Shown: piece by piece, positions 12,990 through 26,070 of the stretch
Position numbering within the stretch: position 1 is the first letter of the stretch
How the letters are laid out: the number at the start of each line of letters is the position of its first letter
Source: Perna viridis
Taxonomy: Eukaryota
Direction: 5' to 3'
Assembly: GCA_037379345.1 (NCBI GenBank)
Contig: CM074518.1
Location: forward strand, 2,108,001 to 2,172,000
DNA: 64,000 nt
The notes under the pieces: model-generated
Told to the model about the DNA's origin: nothing
Database searches by the model: none
Seen by the model: the letters and a program-made list of their open reading frames with translations, nothing else
Program-made: the position numbers and the translations under genes

Positions 12990-13790
12990 TATAAAATATA
13001 TCAAAAACTATCAAAGCCGTTAAAAACTATTTATCACATTCAAAACCATCAAAACCATAAAATATTAGGTATCACCCTGAAAACTAGCAGAGTTATTAAA
13101 ACTATGTATCACCCTCAAGACTACTAAAACTATTACAAATTATGTTCTCAAACCTTCAAAGACCTAGGTATCGCACTAAAAACTATCAAAGCTATTAAAA
13201 ATTATTTATTTGCCATCAAAACTATCAAAGCTATTCATAACTAAGTATCACTATCAAAACTATAAAAGCTATGTATCGCCATTAAAACTGTCAGTGCTCT
13301 AAAAAATGATGTATCGCCATCAAAATTATCAAAGCTATAAAAACTATTTATTGCCGTCAAACCATAAGCGCTTTCAAAACTATGTAATGCCATCAAAACT
13401 ATCAAAGCTATTTATATCTATGTAATGCCATCAAAATTATCAAAGCTATTTATATCTATGTAATGCCATCAAAATTATCAAAGCTATTTATATCTATGTA
13501 ATGCCATCAAAACCATCAAAGCTATTTATATCTATGTAATGCCATCAAAACTTTCAAAGCTATTCATAACTAAGTATCACTATCAAAACTATAAAAGCTA
13601 TAACAATTATATGTTTCGCAATCAAAAAGTTTAAATTTATTAAAAATTAAAAACTATGTTTCGCAAACAAAACTATCAAAGCTATTAAAAACTTTATATC
13701 ACCATCAAATTACTACCCAAGCTATTGTAAACTATGATGTTTATTTAACAAAGCCACTAAAACTGCCAAAAACACCGTCAATAATATTGA
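12990..13790. repeat. 38-bp minisatellite (CATCAAAACTATCAAAGCTATTTATATCTATGTAATGC)
   Basis: Near-perfect units at 13381-13560. Confidence 0.9.
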
Positions 13791-16700
13791 TAATAGAAAG
13801 TATCGCCTAAAGATTGATTGTTTTAGTAAAAGCGAATGCATTTTTCTTTCATGAATTATATTCGAGTACTTCTGGGACTTGGTTTCTATTTATATCAAAT
13901 ACGTTTGACGTCATAAGCATGACATATTCTAAATCATTGTTTAAAACCAAACGCCATTTCCAGCATCACATTAACTTTCCTATAAATTGTATAACGATTC
14001 TGCTACTGCTTGGTTGATTATTTCAGAATGTTGGCCATCTTGAACATGCTACCGTTGTTGCCTAGGGAACAGCTAAATGCAACAGGGGAGAGTACGTATA
14101 CTGGACTTACATAATAGTCAACTGTCAAGTGATCAAGAAACCATTAGAGTCGGAAGCCATGAAAGTACTTCACAGATGTTTGTTAGTGATAACAAACTTT
14201 GTCGTTATTGAGCAGAGAATTGATTTTAATTATTAACTCATTAGAATTATAATTTCCTATGTAACCAGATAACCCGACCTATGTTCTTTGAATATTTGCA
14301 TTGTTTTATTGCGTATATTTGTAAACCAAAAATGGTAAGAACAAAACTACTCCAATTCATAATCAAGTCCAAATTAAATCTGACAAAAAAGATTTTACAC
14401 CATTGTTCTTGTGTTCATTTTCTGTTAAGATAAACATGTAATAGTTTTAGGTGGGCGGGATATGGCAAGATGGTATTTAAAATATCATACCTCCATATTG
14501 TACGGCAGTTGATTTTATTTTTTTTATTTATTTATTGTTTTTAATTTTTTTTTTAATTTTTTTTTTTTTTTTTTTTTTTGGAAGGTGGGACTAGTTACTG
14601 TGTTACCACAGAGACTAGTTTAGTATTTACTGTTATGTAAAAAGGAATCTTCTTGGATACCAGAGACGCCAATTGAACCTTTGGACTCTTTGAATATACC
14701 GGGAAGTTTGGGTAAATATATCGTACCGTGGTTCGTGTTACGCTGATTGGATTTCTACCATTGGTTTATTGTCTTTTTTTTTCTCCATTTCATAAAGATT
14801 TACAAGGCATATATTTAATTATTCAACAAAATATATAATACATAAAATGTAACAAGATTTCATATATTCCACACAAATTACTTGTAGACCAAAATGAGAT
14901 CAATTTTCCAGAAAAACGACCTGAAATGCTATGTACATTTTAAACACTTTTAACTGTGACCATACCTCCACTTATATTTCATCCTCATTTAGGCATTATG
15001 AATCTTTTGATAACGACATTCCAGAAAAAAATAATATAACAGCAAGTACAAAAAAGGCATCGCGTCTAGTAAATATCAGAGTTAAAACTAATATGTATAA
15101 ACTGACATTCAGAGCCAAAACAAAATAGCTTAAAGATTAATATTCTTGTGAAAACGATGGACAAATACTATCTGCATTTTGAGTAGGCATACAATTCAAC
15201 CTGTTTTCCGATATTTTATGACAAAGAATTTAGATGCATTCTTACAAATTTGCAATCTGTTTTGACAAAAATACTTGTGAAAGATGGATAGATACCTTGA
15301 CACAGTAATATAATGTATTAGTGTCGTTACAAATAGAGCACAAGATAGAAATAATAGCGTATATTTTGGTAAAGGTGTAGACAAATAACGTATGGAGAGA
15401 TCTAATCAAAATCTTGCATCAGCTTGATCGCATCAAACATTTCAAGTGATGATTCTATGTACAAGTTATAGCTCCACTATCGTACAAAAGAAAACCGTTC
15501 AATTATTAGTGTTTACTAATGTCTGAATCGACTATTTCCATTAAACCTGTACTGAGGCCCATATTTGCCGAAAAACGTCGAACAACTTCTCACTACTTTG
15601 TGACTTGACACATCTTTTTATGCCCATGTTAAGCCACTTATTGCAAAAAAACGACGAAAAACTATGAAAACTGACGAAAAATTGTCAAAAATTTTATACC
15701 AATCATCAAAGTAACGTTTCTTTTGTTTGAACCATTAAAAACAGAAAACAACTGAACCAATTCATTTATACTTGAAAGTAAACAATTGTCAACCACGTCG
15801 CATATATGATGAACAATGCACAAACTAACGCTAATCTATCATTGAATGTAATGCGACAAGGCCCACTCTAACAAATACCATAATGAGGCCCGATATTTAA
15901 ATGGTTTTGAATGCACAAAATAGATAACACACTTCAGGTAAAAATTGGGTCCTTTTAAATTACTACAAGTGTTATATTTCAATACGTAGAAAAACTTAAA
16001 TAATGACATAGTATTTTTACCTTGGATTCTCGGAAATAAAACATTTTAACGGGAACTCAAAAAAGATAAAATCAAACATCATAATTATAATTTTGTTCAA
16101 ATATATGTTCATCACAATGAAACTAAAACACATTTCAGTGATAGACTTTGTGCTAAGTTCTTCCTTATATGAAAGTTGTGAAAAATATCAAATCTTGATG
16201 GCAAGAAATAAAATGTTTTTTTTTCTACAATTGTGTGTTGAAATCTCGTTAACATTTGTTAACACAGGATTAATTAAAGACATTCAATGAAAAATTAGAT
16301 GTTTACGGGATGTTACATGGTGCTGATGTGAGTACATGCTAACTAGGGGTTTATCCCAGTTACAATTGTTATGTTATGAATTCAGTCATGTAGATTGACA
16401 TACGTAACGATTGGATAGGTAGGTATACTAATATTACCGATTATCTGAGAAAGTTAAAATGTGTAAATATCAATGTCCTTACCGACTCCATTTGTATCAT
16501 TATTATCTGTACAGCCTGAAAGTCGTCTTATGGCGGAAATACATAGACAACCTTTTTCATAGAACTACTTTGATAGATATTTTCTTGGAAACTAATAAAT
16601 AACGTGTTTTTTAAACGGCAACTATATACGCATTTTATGAATATGTCTTCTTCCAAGAAAGGAAAACGCTTTGAATGTGTGTTTACTGTTTGTGACTACG

Positions 16701-16879
16701 TGTGACATAATATAAAGAATTAAAAAAAAAACTTAACTATAGGGCAATGGAGAACAGTATTATTTATAACACATCATTAAATTAGGCTGAAATTTGAACA
16801 AAGATAGGATTCTTAAAAAAAAATGATATGATAATAAAAAAAAAAGGCAATTATGCACAATGATGAAGAAACTAAACTC

Positions 16880-18605
16880 AAACTTTTCTCTAGTTATTCA
16901 TAGTAAAGACTTATCACTAGTCATTAAAAGTGAACTTTTAACGTGTTACCCACAATGAAAATTTCTCACTAGTTAGTCATAGAGAAGAAATCTCACTATC
17001 ATCAACAGTGAATATTTCTAACCAGTTATTCTAGGAGATTTCGCACCAATTATTCACATTGAAAACTCCCCACTTTTTATCCATAGTGCAGATATCTCCC
17101 TAGTTATCCACAATGAAGATTCCCATGTGTTATTATTAGTTAGTTATCTATAGTAAAGACTTATAACAAGTTATCCATAGTAAAGACTTATAACAAGTTA
17201 TCCATAGTACAGACTTCTCACTATTTATCCAGTGTGAAGACTTCTCACAAGTTATTCATAATGAAGACTTCTCACTTGTTATTCATAGCGAAAAGCTCTC
17301 ACTAACTATCCCTTTAATAACTTCTCAGTAGTTATATATATTTAAAGTGAAGATTTCTAACTTGGTATTCATAGTAAAGATTTCTCCGTAGTTATCCATA
17401 GAAAAGATTTCTCACTATTGATTCATAATGAAAATTTCTCACTAGTTACCTTGGTGATTACTATTCACTAGTTACCTTGGTGATTACTTCTCACTAGTTG
17501 TTCATAGTGATGACATCTCCCTTGTTATACACTGTGAAGACATCTCTCTATTTATTATTAATGAAGACTTTTCTCTAGTTATGCATAGTAAAGACTTCTC
17601 ACAAGTTATCCATAGTGATGATTTCTCACTAGTCATCCATAGTAAAGAATCTTCAGTAAGTTATTCAAAGTGAAAATATCTCACTAATTATTCATAGTGA
17701 AGACTTATGAAAGTCATCCATAGTGATGACTTCTCACTTGTTATCCATGGTCAAGACTTCTCACTATGTATGCACATTGAAGACTTCTCACTAGTTTTTC
17801 ATAGAAAGGATTTCTCATTTGTTATCAATAGTCAAAAAACCTCAGTTGGTTATTAAAAGTGAAGATATCTCACTAGTTATTCATATTGAAAATTTATCAC
17901 TAGGGATTCCTAGTGAAGACTTCTCAATAGTTATTTATAGAAAAGATTTCACAATAGTGATTCATCTTGAAGACTTCTGGCTTGTTATCTATAGAGAAAA
18001 AATCTCACTGGTTATTCTTAATGAATACTTCACATTAGTTATCAACTGTAAAAACTTCTCACTAGCTATTTATATTGAAGACTTCTTACTAATTATCCAT
18101 AATGAAGAAGTCTCACTATTATTTCAAACAGAACCTATCTCACTAGTTATTCATAGAGAAGGCTTCTCAATAGTTATACATATTGAGATTTTTCAATATT
18201 TATTCATAGTGAAGACTTCTCACTAGTTATTCGAAATGAAGACTTTTCTTTAGTTATCCGTAGTGCAGATTTCTCACCAGTGATACATAGTGCAGATTTC
18301 TCACCAGTGATACATAGTGCAGATTTCTCACTAGTGATACATAGTGCAGATTTCTCACCAGTGATACATAGTGAAGACTTCTCACTATTTATCCATTGTA
18401 ATGACTTCTCACAAGTTATTCTTAGTGAAGATTGTTCATTAGTAATTCACAATGATGACTTCACACCTGTTATCCACTGTAAGGAATGTTCACTAGTTAT
18501 CCACTGTGAGGACATTTCACTAATTATCCACAGTGAAGACTTTTCACTAGTTTTTCACTGTGCAAACATTTCACTAACTATCCACAGTGAAGACTTTTCA
18601 CTAGT
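16880..18605. repeat. 27-bp minisatellite (CTAGTTATCCATAGTGAAGACTTCTCA)
   Basis: About 1.7-kb array; produces the 9-aa periodic pseudo-ORFs. Confidence 0.92.
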
Positions 18606-18655
18606 TTTGTTGTACACGTGTTTCAGTAAATCTCGGATCAGCAGCATTAGAAACA
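18605..18655 (-). mobile_element. Degenerate HHR-repeat fragment
   Basis: Minus strand AATGCTGCTGAT..GAAACACGTGTACAACA. Confidence 0.45.
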
Positions 18656-18659
18656 AATA

Positions 18660-19358
18660 TAAAGGAAGATCTAAATTTAAAAAAAAAAATAACAATCGTA
18701 TACCGTATACGGTGAAAGACGATTTGATAGATCTGCTGCCTTTCAATTGAATACTTTGCCAAATGATATGCGGGACACTACAGTGAGTGTGGATGCTTTT
18801 AAAAAGAGACTAAAAACCCATCTTTTTAAGCAAACATTTATGTGATAACTTGTATCTGTGGATTTGTGATGTGACTTTATTTTAAATTGACAATATTGAT
18901 TTTATTGTATTTTATGACCACATATATATATATATATATTTTTGGAATGTTTCTAAATATTTATTACCATACTTGAATGTTTTCCATGCATGTTTTATAT
19001 TTCATTTGGCATTTTGGTTTATTTATTTTATAGTCTTTTAATTTTGAATGTATTTTTATGCTCTTTACAAATTCAATTCCAATCAATTATTTTTTTCCCT
19101 CTGTCTCTTATTTTCTTATTTTAGATTTTGTTTAAATAGATTGTCTACACTTTTATCATCTTTTGTCGCTTCATTTCATTTTTGTTTCATCAAAATAGGT
19201 ATCATTGTATTGCTTGATAATCATTCAATTTTATTTTGTGGTATTATTTTTTTTTTATTTTTTTATTTTTATTGCTTTATATATGCATCTTATGTACAGC
19301 GCTTTAAGTAAATGTATTATAGATATAGCGCTTTATAAGGAATGTAATAATAATAATA
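18660..19358 (+). mobile_element. L2-clade LINE 3' end
   Basis: TVYGERRFDRSAA..NTLPNDMR..VDAFKKRLKTHLFKQ C-terminus; 3' AGCGCT...AGCGCT hairpin and (TAA)n tail at 19293-19358. Confidence 0.75.
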
Positions 19359-19529
19359 TACAAGAAGTTCTCAAAACCAAAACTATCAAAATAGAAAATC
19401 AAATCCACCAACAGGAAGTTCAAATCAAATCCACCAACCGGAAGTTCAGTCATGTGCAATAAAAGGACTGAAGCCTTAGTGCTTAGATAGGATATTTTTT
19501 TTAATTTGTAACATTGCAAGCCTTGATAA

Positions 19530-19652
19530 ATACCTACCAGGACCTTTGGTCCACTAGCAGTGGCATCGATCCAGTGGTTAATAAATACAAAAGTACTATT
19601 CATATTAAAATATCGATATTCTGTACACTGATTTCAAGGATTAACTCTCTAA
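19530..19652 (-). mobile_element. Degenerate HHR-repeat fragment
   Basis: Minus strand GTTAATCCTTGAAATCAGTGTACAGAATATCGA..AACCACTGGATCGATGCCACTGCTAGTGGACC. Confidence 0.55.
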
Positions 19653-20834
19653 GCTTAGTGGAACGAGAAAAAGACGTGTTCAACCATAAATGAGAAATAT
19701 ATACATGAAACTTTAAATTTTAATGAGTTATTTAAGCTATTTCAATCGTGTTAACAAATGAAATAGTTTGGCAAGTTGTGCGAAGAAGGATACTTGCAAA
19801 AAAAAATCATGCGCTTTAGAATGAAACACATTCCATTTCGTTTTGTAAAAAGAGATGGACTAACAAAATATCCAGGGAATATAACTGGAGTTCTTTGTTT
19901 CGGAAGCTGTAAAATTTGGTTCTCAATTATGATGTAATAAAACATTTAATTACTATGTAGTCTGTGATGATAAATTCAAAGTTTATGTACATTGTTCAAC
20001 CTTTAATAGCTTTATATATACTGAGAAATGTGTTTTCCTCTTCAAAACTTTTAGCTGTTTAGTTAATGATAATTTAAAACAACGTCTTTTTTTATCATTA
20101 TGAAATCTTGTCCTCTCCTGGCGTGCCTGATATCGTGATATAAATGTGTTAATCAAGAATGAAGGAGACGATGAATATTAAGGAAATGTTTTGTTAAAAC
20201 AGTTAACCTCTTCAATACTTAGTATAAAGTATTTTCATGTTATATTCAACCCATTTACAAAATTTTAATTTCTGTCCAAAAGACGGTTACTCAAGGACAT
20301 ACTAGAATCCAAATGTTTAAATAATTATAATACAAAATATTCAATATTTCTTAAATTTATATGTTCTGATGTCTTTTTCGGCAATGATTTCTTGAAATAT
20401 TTTACATTAGGGGCAATGCCACAAAAAGTATTGGATGTAGAAAAGGCAAGAATTTCAACCCATACTAAAGACAAAAGGTGACCTTCACGTTGATTTTGAC
20501 TTTTGTAGAGAACGCGTCAAGTTCGAGATGAAAATAATGAAATACAAGTGAAAATTGTGCTATTATAATTAAGTAATGTGAGCTTTATCATAAATACTAA
20601 AGGAGTTAGCAGTCCCTAGAAAACTGATGATTCGTTGTTCTAGGAACTGTCCCTACTTTACACAGCAGTCAAAGAGAATCTCCAGTTCTACCGCGTCACA
20701 TGTTATTCCTGTAGTGGTACTTATTTAAAATTCGAAAGATCTTCTGAAACCATTAATTGAAGTCATTACCAGAAATAATAGCATTAATCCTATGATTTTT
20801 CCACCATTTATACTTCTATTCCCCGTAATCAGTC

Positions 20835-21036
20835 GAATTCCCGACATACATCGTTGTTACTCCAGAAAAGACGAACCTAGATAAACCTAGATACAGAAAC
20901 GTAGTGTTTGGTTGAGATTCCTCATTCTTTGTTAAAACAATTTTAAATTATTTTCCAAATAGAACGATGTTTTCAAAAAGCTGGAATTTTTCATCGCCAA
21001 CATATTTGTCCAACGGAGAACGTACGGGTTTTTCAA
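20835..21036 (+). mobile_element. Degenerate Naiad-type RT fragment (insertion-in-fingers region)
   Basis: ATACATCGTTGT..GAGATTCCTCA..CTGGAATTTT..AACATATTTGTCCA matches 43765-43935. Confidence 0.6.
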
Positions 21037-21242
21037 TGTTGCGAAATGCGTGTGTGTCAAGACGGGAACACTAGAATCAAGTGCAACAAATAAAGGACCA
21101 GATCGTGGAAACTGCATGTATAAAATACCATGTAAAAAATTTTATGATTATCTAAGTCATAGAACCTGCATAATGTCAGCGTTTAGCTAAAATAATCGTC
21201 AAATGATTCAAAATATGAATAAAAGATCAATTACTGAGAATT

Positions 21243-21361
21243 CAATCAGGTAGGAATGGACTACGGCGTCAACTTCTGGTAAAATCAGGTAGGAATGGGC
21301 TACGGCGTCACCTTCAGGTAAAATCAGATAGGAATGGGCTACGGCGTCAACTTCAGGTAAC
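21243..21361. repeat. 39-bp tandem repeat, 3 copies
   Basis: AATCAGGTAGGAATGGGCTACGGCGTCAACTTCAGGTAA. Confidence 0.9.
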
Positions 21362-21951
21362 ATTGTAGCGGACTTCACCACATTTATACAGTTATGATAC
21401 AGGAATATGTGTATAAATTGCTATACAGTTAACGTTTAGCTCTACAAAAGTTCACAATCTCCAAAATGTGAATTTAACGGGTCAGGAGATCAAAACAAAT
21501 AGCTGATCTCTGGGACAGTTGAATTCCAACTTACCAGTCTTGTTTTTGTTCGCGACTAGATGTCTATAAGTCATGGCAACAAACGGACAGTTTTCCGCAA
21601 TAATCATACTTCGTGGACTTTCCGTGACATTTTTCACAGACAACATACAGTGTAAAGAAGTAATTATTTGATATGGTGATTAGCCCTGACTTTCGAACAC
21701 GGAGTTAAGTTCCGTACACGGTTCGTTTCTTATCACAAAAACAAGTAATTACACAGCGCAATTTTTGTCTGCTTGGTTTTTTCTAGTTATTCCCCTTAGA
21801 CCTGATATGTCATATATCGCTACAGTTCAGTGAAGAGTCGATATATTACTCACGCCGATCCTTTCGTCATTATGTTAGAAATTGTTAGAGTGGTTTGACG
21901 AAAATTTGTTCAGTTAGAATCGTTTGTAATCTTTTCGACTATCGTTTGATT

Positions 21952-23142
21952 ATGGCTGCTGATAGACCTCGGCGAAATATCCCTGGAATTAACTATAAGA
22001 GTCTTTCAGAATATGGTTTTCCAGATGCTTCCAGTTTGAAGTCGGCTAAAAAAGAGGAGGTAAATTAGGAGAAATCGGAGATAAAAACCTCAAGAAGCAT
22101 TAAGAAAAAGCTAGATCAGACTATCAGCTTAGATCAATCTTTCAATGAAGATGATGGTAGTGATGAAGAGTTGGTACAGTTGAAGTTAGCCTTGAAGGCT
22201 ACAGAGGATGACTTAAAAAAGCAGAAGTTAGAAAAATAAAAACGGAAACTTACAGAAGAGCTCAACAAGAAGCAGTTAGATTTACAGAAAGAGCAAGGTG
22301 AGAATGAGAAATGTGTTAAGTCAAAGAAAACGGCTAATTCGTTTAACACAGATTCTAAATATGTTTCTTTGAATGATTTAAGACAGTTCGAGTGTTTGAA
22401 TGCTTTGGTAGATAAAAAATTGTCTAAATTATGTCTTCTGGATCAGGTTATTGATTCCAGTTTGTCGTCGTCAAGTGATGACTCTCACAAAGGGGGCATT
22501 AAGCAGTAAAAAGAAGTTAGGTAGATTTGAAATTTCTGCTAGTCCGGCTTCAAGCTCTGACAGTGATGAGTTAAGATCTAAGAAAAAGAAGAAGAGAACG
22601 AAATCGGGTATAAAAGCTAAGGCTTCCGATAAAGTCAAAACCTAGTTTCTCTGGCCCCCGTCTGCTCTCCAATATGAATTTGTGAACCAGTCTGTGTCGT
22701 TCAACGACTTGGACGTGAAGCCTTTCACTGCCGGTGAATTAGAAATGATCACCAGTAAGTGCATTTCTGAGAAGGAGCGAAATGGGCGTTTCAATTTGCT
22801 AAAAAAAGATTTGCTGTCTTTTTACGCGGCATGTTTGAGGAAAATTGAGTTGGGTCAGAAGTCTTGGGATGACGATCCGTCTTCTATAGAAGTCCAAATT
22901 CTTACACAGTATGTGCTCCCAAAATCAAAGATGTCTGTTCCTTTTTCTAAACCAGGCGAGAGTGATCAAGTTTGGTTTTGTACTTTATTTAATAGGAATC
23001 GTTGTACGCTAAAAGGGGCCCACAACAACTTGTATTAAAGGTCAGCAAAGATTAGTGCAGCATATCTGTGCAATCTGCTTTACAAAAGATAAAAACAAAT
23101 TGTTTCACCCCGAATGCGATAGTTCTTGTCCGTCACGAGTAA
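21952..23142 (+). mobile_element. Degenerate gag-like ORF1 of a DIRS/Ngaro retroelement
   Basis: MAADRPRRNIPGINYK.., coiled coil, KSGIKAK..WP..GELEMI..KIELG..W, and a C-terminal Cys/His finger [24 protein letters not shown]; several stops and frameshifts. Confidence 0.6.
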
Positions 23143-23444
23143 CAATCTTAAGTTGGGTTCTAACAATTAAGTTCCGTATACAGAAATTTCTTATATTTAA
23201 GTTCAAAGAACAACAACTCTGATAGGAAAATCAAACGACAGAGTTGGTGCAAATTTTCAACAAAGACGATAATCATTGATTACAATGATAAATGATTAAG
23301 TGATTCAAAGTAGTCAGTTAACATTATCAGAATTACCTTTAATCATGAAAGCTTTAGAAATTATAGTTTCATGTATAAAAATAGGATTACAATCGTGGTA
23401 TATCCGAAAACCATTACAATTTCACAACATCAGCAAACAGTGTG

Positions 23445-24279
23445 ACACATTTCTTTACTCTTGTGAAGCTGACTTTAAAGCTGATCTGATCCAAAGGAAG
23501 GAACGTCGAGTATCCTTGGATTGTTTCCGCTATATAGATGACGTATTATCGTTAAACAATCCTAGTTTCGGAGATTGTATACTTGACATCTACCCAAAGA
23601 ACTTGAGATAAAAGATACTACAAACACTGTGAAGTCACCCTCGTATCTTGACATACACTTAGAGATCGATGGAAATAACCGAGCTATACGACAAACGCGA
23701 TGACTTTTCATTCCGTATTGTCATTATTAACTTTTCTTTCATCTGTGGCAACATCCCTTCGGCACATGCGTACAGAGTTTTCTTGTCACAACTGATAAGT
23801 TATGCCAGAGCTTGCAGTAACTACGCAAACTTTTTTTTTGTATGGCGCTAGACTTCTTACAATTGGGCTTCTGGAACAGGGTTATGTTACTATAAGATTG
23901 AAGTCATCATTACAGAGGCTTCAAGGTCGTTACCATGAACTCGTGGATCGTTATGGTGTATCCATCTGCACCACGAGAACCGATTTATTCAACGCGTCAT
24001 AGCTATAGTTTACCTTTCCCTTTTCGTCTACCCTGGACTTGATTTTTGATGAGCAACTCAGCGGGCTTTTCTAGAAAAGGAGAGGACGCTTACCCTACCG
24101 GCGCAACCTGATTTATTATCCCAGTCTTTAGTGGAGTCCGAGTTGTTCATTTTTTCTTTGTACGTGTTATACTGATTATTTAAGTTCTTAGTTGTGTGTG
24201 TGTGTGTTTTTCCCTGTTTGTCCCTGAATTGCGTTCTTCCACTAGAATCATAGAATCTTGGTACCCCTTATTACTCTTT
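23445..24279 (+). mobile_element. Naiad-type PLE, 5'-truncated, degenerate
   Basis: EADFKADLI..FRYIDDVLSLNNP..YDKRDDFSFRIV..YHELVDRYGVSIC, then the 3' UTR ending CCCTTATTACTCTTT. Confidence 0.85.
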
Positions 24280-24281
24280 AA

Positions 24282-24730
24282 CCTGAACAAGTTTCCTGAA
24301 GAACAATCACTTGCATGTCATTAACACTGTGGTTGGCCTCTCGGAAATGTCCACTTACTGGACAGTCACTTCAACTGATGACGCTTTGTTTTGTCTACAA
24401 AGCGATCATTCTACTTTCGATTAGTCTCACTCACGTCAACCATTTCCCAATTCACAGCATGAATAACGTTTTCTGGTGTGCTAGGTGAAACTGTTTTGTT
24501 AATCGAAGACGTTGCATGGACCAACTACTTTGTCGGTTTCCCTAGTAAAGGGACATGTCGAAAAGAGTAATCGTTTACGTTGTCTTATGCCTTTGTACCT
24601 TGCAGGGGATCGTGTAATTCTGGTGACATGAATCCGTCTTTGAGCACTTTTTATTCAAAATTGCGAGTCAGAATATTCTGGATTGCAACATTACGTCAAA
24701 ACTTACATGACAAGGTCACTGGTATTAGTC
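24282..24730 (-). pseudogene. Degenerate linker + GIY-YIG endonuclease of a canonical (C-terminal EN) Penelope/Neptune-type element
   Basis: Minus-strand translation across stops and frameshifts: IPVTLS..IQNILTRNF..; ENVIHAVN..VSETNRK*NDRFVD..PVSGHFREANHSVNDMQVIVLQE, matching the PLE EN pattern NVIY..YVGET.R.L..RF.EH..PV..HF...H...D..V..LE. Confidence 0.6.
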
Positions 24731-25429
24731 ATCCTGTTTTCGTCGACTCAGATCCATTTTTATATTTATCTTATTGCTGTATGATTAAAAAAAACTTTCT
24801 TACACAAGAAGCCGATATCCGCTTTAAATGACACTTTATTGAAAAATAAAAGCTTTTTCATAGGCACGTATTTATCTAAGATATAGAAATTGTTGTTATT
24901 GCAATGTGTGCCTGGTATCTATAAATATCTAAGTGCAAAAATCTTTTAAAATATTTGTTGTACAGAAAATAAGAATGAAATACTAGTACTAGTATATCTT
25001 ATTAGGAAAATCTCTCAAGAGGACATATTTCTTCAACGAGACGCAGACAACATCGAAACTTTCGAAAGACTCTGTAAAGTTGTGTTTACATCACAAATGA
25101 AAGTAAAAGCTGCACTTCGTGTCGCATTAAAACACTTCTTTTTGTAGTTAAAATGAGGAATACAGAAAAAAATTAATATGGATTGGTATTTTGATCATGA
25201 AATCGAATTATCATATTATTTATTCACATGAATACATTAACCTTGTTAATAAATAACATTAAATTATGTTCAAATACTACGTTGTGTAGAATCAATAACA
25301 AATTTCTTTAAAAATGAATGAGCATTAAGACCTTGTGGAAACTAAATAATAAAAATAATAATACAATAATAACCTTGGTTTTAATGTTTTATACCAAGAA
25401 GTACATTTTTTTTTTCAATTACACAATTC

Positions 25430-26070
25430 TTTTAGTTACTTTATGTTCTTTGTTGTGTTTGTCTGTTTTCCATGTCTGGTCTTTGTCCCTGGATTTATAT
25501 GAACAGGCTGTAGGCTGTGTGCAGTCATTGTATGCTGAAAAGAGTATTTTCGATCATGCTACATGAACTCTTTAACATAGTTATTTTATATTCTTATTTC
25601 AATGATTTTTTCTTTGTAGTAGAAAGGGTGATCAAGAAAACCAAGATTCGTGCTGTTATAAAAAGAATATACTCGAAGGATTCAGACTAGACAAGAAAAA
25701 TAGAAACAAACCACAATGAAATGAAATAATAAAAAAAAAAAGAGAAACAAAAGTTAATGTGAAACCTGGACTCTACTGGGGGCATGGACCAGGTGCATCG
25801 GTAGGGTAAGCGTCCTAAGCTTATCTGGTATCCAAACCGATTTGGTAAAAAAATGTCACGTAAGGAATACACGACAGAGGAAAGGAGGCCTATGACACGG
25901 TAAATAGATCGGATGGATACACCATACTGATCCATGAGTTCTTAGTGACGATCATAAAGAGTTTGTAGTGAAGACTCTTGTAGCAACATACCCCGTTACA
26001 TAAACCCAGCACGGTATATGAAAGAGGAAAGGCTATCTATGACACAGTAAATAGTTCGGATGGATACAAT
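25430..26070. mobile_element. Two inverted Naiad-type 3' fragments (+ at 25430-25496; - at 25625-26070)
   Basis: Match to the family 3' UTR and to DRYGVSI coding sequence. Confidence 0.65.

Noticed and set aside
9773-18750. Periodic ORFs (9773-10342, 17819-18226, 18280-18750)
   Set aside because: They arise from 30-bp and 27-bp minisatellites with unit lengths divisible by three; no splice or domain support.
24370-24415. Hammerhead-like CTGATGA followed by a hairpin
   Set aside because: GAAA is replaced by GATC, there is no stem I or III, and the sequence is antisense to the GIY-YIG relic.
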